64,000 nt of DNA, from the NCBI GenBank assembly GCA_937625935.1, contig OW569380.1, forward strand, positions 387,492 to 451,491, written 5' to 3'. This DNA is from Tetramitus jugosus. Its lineage: Eukaryota; Protista; Heterolobosea. Position numbers and translations under genes: made by a program. Below the pieces are notes generated by a model. That model ran no database searches and was not told where the DNA came from. It worked only from the letters and a program-made list of their open reading frames with translations. Shown here piece by piece: positions 45,340 to 55,228 of the stretch. Positions within the stretch are counted from its first letter, which is position 1. Each line of letters starts with the position of its first letter.

Positions 45340-46725
45340 TTATGAAATCAGTGGCTCCATTGAATCCTGGTTGATTGGAAGAACACCCTTTCCTCTGGAA
45401 CTGAAGAAGGTTGACAGGATCAATATCACAACTACTCCAAATAAAGCAATACTCACAAGTGGTAACACCACGGTCATCACTCGATTCTTGGATCTTGCTT
45501 TGGTCAAAATGGTTGAAACACATACACCTGCAGCATCGTTTCCGCACTTGTGACACCAGTTGCTTGGGCTGACGCGACTGTATTCATCAATGTATCTGAT
45601 AAATTGATCCCATTCACACTGATCAGAGGTGCAGTAGTGAGGTAGCTGATAGGATGTGAACTGACCATTGTATCCCAGGCGAACAATTAGTTTCACACTG
45701 TATTGCTTTTGATCATTTCTGTGCAATTCAAAGATGATCTGAGATCCATATGGAGGAATGTTTTGCAACTCTGGATGTGCAGCAGCAATATTCAATGTAG
45801 CCATAACACTTTGCAAAGTGGTGTCATGAGCACTAAAGTGAGTGTACTTTGGAAGAATATCACCCTTGCTCTGAATAGCAGTCTCCATCGAGTTGGCAAT
45901 TAGATTCATGAGAGGACCAGCACCCAAATTACCTTGGATATCTCTGCTGAAGAACATGTACTGACTGTACATACCCAACTGATCAATCTTTTCCCAATTG
46001 TCGATCACTGGTTTCATTGTCAACAAATTGTGAACCTTCAAAGTGTTCAACAAGTCGTACGTATAGTAAAAATTGGACAACTCTGTGATTGGAATACCAG
46101 TCCAATTATAAATGTCTTGAATCAATGGACCGTAATCCTTCTCAATAGCCGCAAATGCTTTACTCTTCTTGTAAGCATTTTGTGTCGACTTGATCTTAGG
46201 GCACTTTTCATAAGCTCTCAGAGTAATATCTTGAACTTGCTCAACAGTGTGAACAGGAACCATAGTAATATCATTGGACAAGGAAGGCTCATTGGTAATG
46301 TCGTCAATCAATCCAGTGCCATTCGGAAACAATCCCTGGCATGCACTGTTCAATGAAATGATGGTTCGATCGACACTTGTTGCATGAAGCTTGAACATGT
46401 CGGAATCAAAATACTTGTTTACAATACCGGAGATATAACTGTTGGAGGAAGGAATGAGATACCGTTGTCGAAGGGTGGCACCCATCTCTTGACATTGGGC
46501 AATACCAAGGCCTGTGAGCTGTCCTGGAGACAATCCAAATTTCTTCTTCCAATCGACAACATTGTTGGGCACTGAAGCTCTGCTAATAGGTGTTCTGTCG
46601 CAATGACGAGAAATGACATAGACTTGCACAATTTCACATTGCACAACAAGAGCAAATGTGATGAGAAGAACGACAGCAACAACAAGAGGCAACGATAGCC
46701 TGGTAGTTGTGGTGAAGAGTGACAT
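45340..46725 (-). CDS. Histidine acid phosphatase (clade 2, lysosomal type), type I membrane protein
   Basis: Signal peptide, RHCDRTP (RHGxRxP variant), GQLTGLG, DRTI, SAHDTT, PPYGS.IIFELH, C-terminal TM. Confidence 0.92.
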   Translation of the reverse strand: MSLFTTTTRLSLPLVVAVVLLITFALVVQCEIVQVYVISRHCDRTPISRASVPNNVVDWKKKFGLSPGQLTGLGIAQCQEMGATLRQRYLIPSSNSYISGIVNKYFDSDMFKLHATSVDRTIISLNSACQGLFPNGTGLIDDITNEPSLSNDITMVPVHTVEQVQDITLRAYEKCPKIKSTQNAYKKSKAFAAIEKDYGPLIQDIYNWTGIPITELSNFYYTYDLLNTLKVHNLLTMKPVIDNWEKIDQLGMYSQYMFFSRDIQGNLGAGPLMNLIANSMETAIQSKGDILPKYTHFSAHDTTLQSVMATLNIAAAHPELQNIPPYGSQIIFELHRNDQKQYSVKLIVRLGYNGQFTSYQLPHYCTSDQCEWDQFIRYIDEYSRVSPSNWCHKCGNDAAGVCVSTILTKARSKNRVMTVVLPLVSIALFGVVVILILSTFFSSRGKGVLPINQDSMEPLIS

Positions 46726-46991
46726 GTTTTTTGTGAAATATTTCCCTCTGGAATTATCCGACCATGACGGAAAAACTGTCGAATTCGGATTTAAATTCCT
46801 GGAAGAGATAAGTCATTGATTTCAAGATGTAAAACATGTGTTATTGTAAGGACTTGTCGTGCAGGAAAATTATTAAACACCACAATTTGCACAAATTTTG
46901 GGCGTTTCTTCAACTACAAAACAAAACCCAAACAATTGGTAATCAACCAACAACATTTCTGAAGAAAAAAAGTGAATTTTTGACCAACCGA

Positions 46992-48083
46992 ATGAGAAAC
47001 TTGCCAGTGAACACCCTGAAAGCATTAGGTCCTGATCTTTCTCGTCATATTCTCGACTTCTTTCCTCTCTTGCGGCATGATTCCTTATACTTATCGTATC
47101 AGCTGATGTTCTCTGTGCTCTCAAGTCCAACAAGAAACCCCTCTCACCCTTGGTCGACTCAGAACTCAAATTCCAAGAACCAGTGCATTGGTTCCTCCCC
47201 GTTCTACTATAGGCTACTCGGCCCGGAATTTCAACAACTGAGAACAGTAATTCATGTTTCCAAAGATACGCGCTTCTCTGATCTACAGGGCTACTTTGGG
47301 ACCAAAACCAGTGTTCTGTCAGTTGCCTATGCTCGTGAAAATTACTCTGCTCCACACCCTTTAGTCGGCTTCATGTCAGGCATTTCTTCTGCTGATGCCT
47401 ATGGAGTACTACACTTCATCTACTTGGACTCAGAGGCTGAACCGAGGGAGTTTATCTGCACACGATTGAAATCATTGAAACCCTACAGAATGGCACATCT
47501 TCTTCGCTTTGCTCATATTGATCCCGTCGATGTAGCTCCAGTGTTAAATCTGTTGTCGGCGGGTGTCCTGGACATTAACCTTCTGATCACGGGCTACTCC
47601 TTTCCATTGCTCTTCTCCACCACGGTCAACTATCCACATATGATACTTGCGGATCTCTTTGGGAAGCTGTTAGACGAAATTCCTTGGCACCTGGAACCTT
47701 CTACATTTCCATCGGAAAGCTTAGCTGTATCGCTTTCCACAAACGAGAGACTCGATTCACTCGAAAGAGAACAGTATGAAGTCAAGGAGAAGATTCACAG
47801 AACCGTCATATTTCGGGTATCTGATCTTCGATGTTTGCTGAGCACCAACAGAGGGCTACTTTCGGCTGCAATGGATCTGATTCCCGTCGATGTAATATTG
47901 TCCTCACACACATTGACACAATTGATTTCGGAGTCAACTGATCATTTGTCTTCTGCAGTTGCCAAATCCCTGTTGGCCGGTTTGCCACCAAAACCAACCA
48001 AGGCATCTGATCGAACACCAAGAAGAAAGAGGAAAGTGTCGCGCACTAGTGGTGAACCCAACAAGGTTCAAAGACTTTGCTGA
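46992..48083 (+). CDS. Hypothetical protein (363 aa); possible degenerate F-box-like start and basic NLS-like tail
   Basis: Uninterrupted ORF; LGPDLSRHILDFF at the N-terminus and PRRKRK at the C-terminus; no family recognised. Confidence 0.6.
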   Translation: MRNLPVNTLKALGPDLSRHILDFFPLLRHDSLYLSYQLMFSVLSSPTRNPSHPWSTQNSNSKNQCIGSSPFYYRLLGPEFQQLRTVIHVSKDTRFSDLQGYFGTKTSVLSVAYARENYSAPHPLVGFMSGISSADAYGVLHFIYLDSEAEPREFICTRLKSLKPYRMAHLLRFAHIDPVDVAPVLNLLSAGVLDINLLITGYSFPLLFSTTVNYPHMILADLFGKLLDEIPWHLEPSTFPSESLAVSLSTNERLDSLEREQYEVKEKIHRTVIFRVSDLRCLLSTNRGLLSAAMDLIPVDVILSSHTLTQLISESTDHLSSAVAKSLLAGLPPKPTKASDRTPRRKRKVSRTSGEPNKVQRLC

Positions 48084-48315
48084 CAAGAGTACACGATAAA
48101 GAGAATATTGCTCCTCTTGGTATGTGTTTTATTTTGGCAAGACTTACTGGGAAATGAAAATTGGTGGTGTGTCTGTTGGATCTAGATTTATTTCTCGACG
48201 CACCCGTTGTAATTAATTGTGACGTGAAGCTTTGACGAATGGGTGGACACTGACTGAAAATGTGGTTCAATCGCCTCTTTACCTACTAATTCATCTTACT
48301 ACTTACGATGAGCCC

Positions 48316-48705
48316 TCACTTTCCGATCTCTTTCCAGTCCAATGGAAATGCAAACGTTAAAATATCAAGTAGATCGTTATCATTGATAACATTCAACTTG
48401 AGTTCGGCTTTAAGTTCATTCAAAACATCACTATCTATTTCACTATGAAGAAGATAGTCAATATAGATTTCTCTACGACCACCTGACAGATAGTCAATAG
48501 TGATATAAACACAATTCTCTGGTGCATATTCATCTTTAGTGACTTGGTATGACATCAAAATATTCGTTCCAAGTCGAAACTGGCCGGACGCGTTCAGAGT
48601 TTGTCCCTCAAGGGATCGAGTGTCCATTGCTTTATAAATTTTCTCATGTTTAACAGGTGGTTGTTTGTGAATCGGATTTCCGTCATCGCCGTGCTTACGT
48701 TTCAT
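48316..48705 (-). CDS. Hypothetical 129-aa protein with N-terminal KRK NLS-like motif
   Basis: Protein-like composition; an E2F-type element lies 19 bp upstream. Confidence 0.55.
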   Translation of the reverse strand: MKRKHGDDGNPIHKQPPVKHEKIYKAMDTRSLEGQTLNASGQFRLGTNILMSYQVTKDEYAPENCVYITIDYLSGGRREIYIDYLLHSEIDSDVLNELKAELKLNVINDNDLLDILTFAFPLDWKEIGK

Positions 48706-48723
48706 CGTGTTTCTTCTGGAAAA

Positions 48724-48735
48724 TTTGGCGCGAAA
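48724..48735 (-). promoter_or_regulatory. Perfect overlapping double E2F element TTTCGCGCCAAA
   Basis: The + strand reads TTTGGCGCGAAA immediately upstream of the 48705 ATG. Confidence 0.45.
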
Positions 48736-48950
48736 TCAATCTTGAACATTCATGCAGACAAAGAAATCTCAAGAGTAACTCTGAATGAATGCCACACTCG
48801 AATATAACAAAAACAGTGTTGTTATGTCCATCCAATGATGAGTTTTTATTAGAAGAAAACTTCACATTTTAACTTACAGCGAGAAGTGGGTTGCTCGTCG
48901 TGACTCTTTTTGAGAGCGTGTTGTTCTACCGCAACTTAAACAACTCTGGA

Positions 48951-50111
48951 TCAGCGGTCTTCTTCTCTATGGTGACTCTGCATAAAATTGACCATCTGTG
49001 CTGGAGCATCCTCTGATAAGCACATACTCAAGCCTGCAAGTGTCTCTTCGGCTGCTTCTCTCGCACGGTTTATCATTGTCTCCTCGAACAATTTAATGGA
49101 TAGTGTAGTAGATGTTAGGTTGGTACAGTTTTCCGAAGTAAGACAGTTAGCCAATTCTAGCGCGTCAAGCATCGCAAGATTGGCTCCCTGACCCGCAAAT
49201 GGTGACATGACATGGGCTGCATCACCAATTATTGTTAAACCGGGTTTGGTAGTCCAATACTCGTCAAGAGACCGAGCATAAATCGGGCGTGGTACAAACT
49301 TATCATCACAGTGTTTTAGCATGTCCAACAACTCTGGATTCCATCCAGAAAACGCATGCAATAGCATGTCTCTTACAGCAAGCGGCTGGTTGAAATCAAA
49401 TGCGTTCATCCAGTCTTCTGGCACACGCTGGGCAACATAGACCCGGATACTCTGATCTCCATTTCTTTGCGCCATGAATCCCTTGTTGTCGCTGAGAACA
49501 AAGGCGCTACCCTGACCTACCAATTCATCAATTTGGGGTAATACCGCTTTAGGATTAGAAATGCGGACCTCGACAATGGTTACTCCAGCATAAACAGGTT
49601 GGATTGATGATAAGAGGGGACGCACCTTGGACCAAGTTCCATCAGCACCGACAAGAAAGTGAGTTGTTTCGATCGTACCATCGTTGAAGCACAGTTTGTG
49701 CTGTCCGTCGCCTACTGGTTCGATATTTACTACATGTTTATCCCAAATGACAGTATTGGGCTCAAGCGAATTCAATAGTAGATTACGCAATGCCTGTCTG
49801 TCAATCTCTGGTCTGGACTGATCATCTGGGCGGGCAACATTTTCGAAGTGAACCTTACCATCGCGATCGATTAACTTGAATGATTGTCCTTCTGGACGGG
49901 AAAGCTGTTTGAAATCATTTTCAAGTCCTGCCTCAAAAAGAGCTTTCTGACCGCCATTGTCGTGCAGGTCAAGAGAGCCTCCTTGATCTCGAGCTTCAAA
50001 TGAGGCATCGTGTTCAAATAGGCGAACTTTTATGCCACGCATTTGCAGAAGACGCGCCAGAGTGAGTCCACTAGGTCCTGCGCCAATAATTATAACTGGT
50101 TTATTGAACAT
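48951..50111 (-). CDS. TetX-family FAD-dependent monooxygenase
   Basis: IIGAGPSGLTLARLLQ, ARDQGGSLDLH..GQKAL..AGL, RPEIDRQALRNLLLNSL, VGADGTWSKVRPLLS, IIGDAAHVMSPFAGQGANLAMLDA; intronless. Confidence 0.9.
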   Translation of the reverse strand: MFNKPVIIIGAGPSGLTLARLLQMRGIKVRLFEHDASFEARDQGGSLDLHDNGGQKALFEAGLENDFKQLSRPEGQSFKLIDRDGKVHFENVARPDDQSRPEIDRQALRNLLLNSLEPNTVIWDKHVVNIEPVGDGQHKLCFNDGTIETTHFLVGADGTWSKVRPLLSSIQPVYAGVTIVEVRISNPKAVLPQIDELVGQGSAFVLSDNKGFMAQRNGDQSIRVYVAQRVPEDWMNAFDFNQPLAVRDMLLHAFSGWNPELLDMLKHCDDKFVPRPIYARSLDEYWTTKPGLTIIGDAAHVMSPFAGQGANLAMLDALELANCLTSENCTNLTSTTLSIKLFEETMINRAREAAEETLAGLSMCLSEDAPAQMVNFMQSHHREEDR

Positions 50112-50357
50112 ATCTTAATTGTGAAGGTATGGATTTCTTTGTTTGTTCTGGAAAAGTACTTTGCACAACAAAAGATCACAAAAACTGAAAAGGGCCAGAA
50201 ACCCTGGATTTTCGCCACTCCGCGGAGGTGCGATAGGAAAATAACATGGCGGGGAATTTCTTGACATCATTTTGGTTGCTGAAAAGGTTTACATTGTATT
50301 TATTTCCGAAACCGCAAAAGAGATCTCTCGGAAAAATGTGAAGGACAGAACAACCAA

Positions 50358-51875
50358 ATGAACAACGAAACAAACCAATACAGGGATGATCATGATCATG
50401 GCCTGTCTACTAGGGAGGATACACAACAACCTCAACAACAAGACCAACTACGGCACTCATTGGATGACATTACAAGATCAAGAAGGCGTTCTCTCATCGA
50501 TTACAATGAAGCCAACTATATAGACAATACATTGCCTGAGCAACAGGAAGAACAAGAAATAGAAGAGCAGGAGACTCAGCAACGACCGCAACAACAAACA
50601 CCGCAATCACAAGCACAACTACGCCGTTCATTGGACAACATGATAAGATCAAGAAGAAGCTCTGTCATCGATTACAATGAAGCCAATTACATCGACAATA
50701 CACTGCCAGGGCAACAGGAGGAGCAACAAATACAGCCTCCACCACAACCTAATCCACCAGTACAACCAGAACCATATGGTGCCATTGCAGTTGTACCATT
50801 GACAACTATCTCTCAACCTTTAGCAAAACCTGCTCATCAATTTTTAATTCAAGTATGGATAGATATAGCATACTTAATACTGTTCAGTTATGCGGGATTC
50901 GCAGCAAGGTTCGATTTAGAAGAAGTTTACTCTAGTACAACGGGGATCAATGGGCAACACCTGAGATTCTCTATTTTTCCAGACTTTTATGCCAATGTTG
51001 TCGGATGTTTCGCTATGGGTTTCTTTGCTGAGTTTAATGCCGAAGTGCTAATACCTAGAAAGCACGTGAGAGCATCAAACTTGGTTTCTGTGGGATTAAT
51101 GACTGGATTTTGTGGCTGTGTAACCACCTTTTCTGGATGGCAGTATGATTCCATGTTTGCGCTAGTACTTGGGCAGGTGGGTACTTTCTTCCTCTATCAA
51201 GTACTCGGATTCTGTGTGAGCTATTGTGCTTTGTCACTTGGTCATGATTTATGTTGTCTGTTTTTTATCCCGGCATACAAACTTCTCAGAGTTGTGGCTC
51301 CTCCCAATGAGGGGAAATCACCCGTAATTCCCACTACACTTTCCGAGAATGATTCGATCGCTCCTAAGTTGCTACGATTAGAAGTTCAGCTCATAATATT
51401 GTGGAGAGTGGTTGTAGTCTTAGTACTGGTGGCAGACCTCTTGTTGACTTGTCTTTTTATAGCACTTGTCTCTAGTCCCATTTCTACGAGCGCAAGGAGT
51501 ATTGCAGCATCATTTCTTCTATGTCCATTTGGTTGTGTCTTCAGATACTTTTTCTCACTTCTAAATGCGAGATTGGCACCAAAGATTCCAATATTCACAT
51601 TCTGCGCGAACCTACTAGGAACCTTGATCGTACCCTTTTTCAGAGTAACTGAGTTCAGATACGCTTCTGTTCAAAATAGACAAGCACTTGTGGTGTTCTT
51701 TCTGGCAATGAGCCGTGGTTTTTGTGGTTGTCTAACAACGGTGTCATCCTTTCTGGAAGAAGTGAGAACCAAAGTAACAAATCTAAGGTGGAAGTACTTG
51801 TATATTCTACTCACTCTCATTGTTCCAAGTCTGGTGCTAGTGGCAGTTGTGGGACCATTTGTGTGGACAATGTGA
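50358..51875 (+). CDS. FEX-type fluoride exporter (two CrcB/Fluc domains)
   Basis: Two CrcB signatures: ANVVGCFAMG...TGFCGCVTTFSGW and ANLLGT...RGFCGCLTTVSSF. Confidence 0.9.
   Translation: MNNETNQYRDDHDHGLSTREDTQQPQQQDQLRHSLDDITRSRRRSLIDYNEANYIDNTLPEQQEEQEIEEQETQQRPQQQTPQSQAQLRRSLDNMIRSRRSSVIDYNEANYIDNTLPGQQEEQQIQPPPQPNPPVQPEPYGAIAVVPLTTISQPLAKPAHQFLIQVWIDIAYLILFSYAGFAARFDLEEVYSSTTGINGQHLRFSIFPDFYANVVGCFAMGFFAEFNAEVLIPRKHVRASNLVSVGLMTGFCGCVTTFSGWQYDSMFALVLGQVGTFFLYQVLGFCVSYCALSLGHDLCCLFFIPAYKLLRVVAPPNEGKSPVIPTTLSENDSIAPKLLRLEVQLIILWRVVVVLVLVADLLLTCLFIALVSSPISTSARSIAASFLLCPFGCVFRYFFSLLNARLAPKIPIFTFCANLLGTLIVPFFRVTEFRYASVQNRQALVVFFLAMSRGFCGCLTTVSSFLEEVRTKVTNLRWKYLYILLTLIVPSLVLVAVVGPFVWTM
50445..50732 (+). 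repeat. Internal direct duplication (about 117 bp, 171-bp offset) in the FEX N-terminus
   Basis: QLRHSLDDITRSRRRSLIDYNEANYIDNTLPEQQEEQ versus QLRRSLDNMIRSRRSSVIDYNEANYIDNTLPGQQEEQ. Confidence 0.9.
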
Positions 51876-52299
51876 AAACCAAATCATTCAGCGATGATTA
51901 CCTCACTTCACAGAGAAATTTCAATATCAAGAGATTCATTTGCTGAGACACCTTCACCGATTCGTTGAATGCAAATGCAACCCTGCTTTCTGCAAAGGGT
52001 CGCGAAAATTATCCCTCCTGCCGTACTTTTTCTACATTTACAAAGAGACCAATTGCAATCAAGTGGATTCAGAAATAGATAATTGGTTTATAATAATAGG
52101 TCTTGGAAAAAGTTCATTGTGTGTTTGTTTGATGTATGTTAAATGTTGAGTTGATTCAAAAGGTGAGATTCTTTTAAACTATCTCCATACTCCAAAGTAA
52201 ACCGGATCGGAAGGAAAAGATGCTGTCATGTATTCAAGTTCATTGGATACATGTCCCAACTCGTTGGAATTCCTTTTCGCAGGGATCCTGGATTCTTGT

Positions 52300-53237
52300 G
52301 ACAAAAATTACAACACATTGTTTTTACTCCCTGTATGTTTGTTGGTTGATGCGTCTTCCGTAAAGAGTAAAAGTGCCATAGTTGTGAATACATGGTCATT
52401 CACGAACGCCACCAACACAGCATGGGAGACTCTGATGATGAAGAGCAACGACAATCAAGGATTTGCAGCGTTGGATGCAATTGAATGTGGATTCATCAGT
52501 GTGAGCGAGAACAGTGTGATCATTCTGTTGGCTGGGGTGGTTCTCCTGATGAAAATGGTAATTCGAGTTTAGATGCATTGATCATGTGTGGCAAAACGAG
52601 AAGAGTAGGTGCAGTTGCCGATTTGAAAAATGTAAAAGCTGCCATAAAGGTAGCACGGAGAGTAATGGATGACACTTATCATTCAATGTTGGTAGGAGAG
52701 GATGCCACAATCTTTGCTGAACAAGTTGGTGTCAAACGTGAAGATATCAGTAGTGATTTCTCTAGATAATTGTACGATCAATGGATAGCCAATAATCGAA
52801 CTGGTTGGGTGTTCAACACAAATCAAATGCGTAAAAACCTGTAGGACATGACACTATTGGAATGATCGTTGTTGATGATCACTTGAATGTTGCGTGTGGA
52901 TCTAGTACAAATGGACTGTCATTCAGGATACCTGGTAGTGTTGGAGATTCACCTCTTGTTGGTTCTGGGGCCTATTGTGAGAATGGTGTCGGTGGATGTG
53001 CTGCCACTGATAATGGCGACGAGATTTCTTCCGGCTTTCTATGCAACCATGTTGATGAAACTGAAGGGATTACATCCCAGAGAAGCCAGTTATGAAGCAC
53101 TGGCTGAAATTACACAGTATTATTCTGTAGATGTAGATGCCTATGCTGGATTAGTCTGTGTGAACGTTAGAGGCGAGCATGGGGTTGCTGCAATTGGTCA
53201 ATTCGAAAACTCTTTCAAATACTCGATGAGAAATTAA
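52300..53237 (+). pseudogene. AGA: Aspartylglucosaminidase (glycosylasparaginase) pseudogene
   Basis: Fragments VVNTWSF...ALDAIECG / CEREQCDHSVGWGGSPDENG..LDA / GHDTIG...STNG..VGDSP..GSGAY / RFLPAF lie in different frames. Frameshifts near 52490 and 53020, in-frame TAA at 52767, further disruption at about 52800-52835. Confidence 0.88.
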
Positions 53238-53664
53238 CGTGAAGGAGGCTCAGGAGTTCAATGGCGAACCTAACCCATTGGATTTTTCATGATGATTCGA
53301 TGCAAAAATTTGAAGATGATATCGCAAGCGAGCTGGTGGATAAGCTTTATTACTATGTCACGGACTCTGGATTATGATTAGGCTCCTCAAAACCTAGGTT
53401 ACAGCCATACGCAATGCACTCATGCAACAACATGGTGTTTTCTCGAGTCCAACTTTTTTGGTTTTTTCCCCTGAATGGAGAGGAGAAAACTTGGTTAGTT
53501 TATAGGATCGTTTTGACGGAAAATCTGCGGTTGTCCGTGATATTTATCGTCGATACTTTTTCACTGCGTTGCATCTGCGGTTTTATGTCACATATTTAAG
53601 GCAGAACAACTTTATTCTTGTTAACTTTAACAACCACCAAGTTAAAAACAAAAACAAAGAAACA

Positions 53665-54691
53665 ATGAGCACTTCAATGCAATATTCAAACCTTGGAAAA
53701 ACTGGATTGAAAGTTTCCAGATTGACGATGGGCTGTATGAGTTTTGGCTCCAGTAAGTGGAACGGTTGGGCATTGGGTCAAGAGGAATCTTTCAAGATCT
53801 TAAAGGAGGGTCATGACCTTGGATTTAATTTCTTTGATACTGCTGATGTGTACTCCAATGGGGAAAGTGAACGTATTTTGGGAAGATTTTTGAGAGAATA
53901 CAGTATTCCAAGAGAGAATGTAGTCATTGCTACCAAGGTACATTTTGGAGTCGATAAATCTGGTGAACAGAGAATGACTGTCACTGATCCAAGTGTTGTG
54001 GATATCAATGCACGTGGTTTGAGCAGAAAACATATCATGCATGCTGTAGAAGATTCATTGGAGAGACTACAAACAGAGTACATTGACTTGTTTATCATTC
54101 ACAGATGGGACTATATCACTCCTATTGAAGAGACTATGGAGGCTTTGCATGATTGTGTCAAATCTGGAAAGGTTAGACATATTGGTGCTTCTTCCATGTA
54201 TGCTTGGCAGTTTGCTAAGGCTCAGAGAATTGCAAAGGAGAGGATGGACACAGTTTGTCTCCATGCAAAACTTGTATAATCTGGCATACAGAGAGGAAGA
54301 ACGTGAGATGATTCCATTGTGTGAAGATTTGGGAGTTGGTTTGACTCCATGGAGTCCATTAGCTAAGGGATCTTTGGCCAAGATTGAAGATACTTCTGAG
54401 AGTACAAGAAGTGAATCTGATTCCTATCTGCAGGCATTGAAGAAACATACTTCAGATGATTCTATCAAGCAGCGTGTTTTGGAGCTTTCTAAAAAGAAGG
54501 GATGTACTACTGCTCAACTCGCTCTTGCATGGTTATTGCACAAGAAGACAGTGGTATCACCGATCATTGGTGTCACAAAGATTGACCAGCTCAGGGATTG
54601 TGTTAAAGCATTCGATGTCAAACTGTCTGAAGAAGAATTGAAATATTTGGAGGAACCATATCAATCAAAGGCAATCTGGGGACATGTCTAA
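53665..54691 (+). pseudogene. Aldo-keto reductase (aryl-alcohol dehydrogenase/YajO-like) split by one frameshift at about 54240
   Basis: LGKTGLKVSRLTMGCMSFG, FFDTADVYSNGESE, IATK, SLERLQTEYIDL..IHRWD in frame 1; GWTQFVSMQNLYNLAYREEEREMIPLC...PWSPLAKG continues in frame 2. Confidence 0.85.
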
Positions 54692-55228
54692 GACATCATG
54701 AACTCGAAAGAATATCCATCAATAATCTGTGCGTTTGATCAAACACTCGTCTCTAAGTATTATCAACTTTACAATAAAATGTATGTGACCTCCAAGTTCG
54801 TTCATAAGCAACCTGTTTGATACTGCCTGCAGATGTGGCATATTGTGATCCTTCCTTTTTTACTGAGATGAGAGTTGTTGAAGTACCAGTAGAAGACTGG
54901 GTATTTACTGTCCACAAAGGACTTTATTCAATTAAACTGAGTAGCTCAGACTTCATAGTATCTTTTGCAGTTGTGACTTGTCTCAACCATTCAGTCAAGA
55001 AGTCCCGTAGTGTTCAATAGCATTCGGATTTATCTACTTTACAGTATCGTTCAAGCAAAGATTCGTATTTTGTCCTAATTAATAAGAAGGATTTTGGGTT
55101 TTCAAAGCGATTTTGATGTCGGGCCGACCGGAATTTTCGGACAAAAAGTCAATCCCAGATTTTACCATTTCCTTTTTCTATTTAGCTCAATACCCTCGTC
55201 GATACCAAAACAACAGAACAAAACAATC

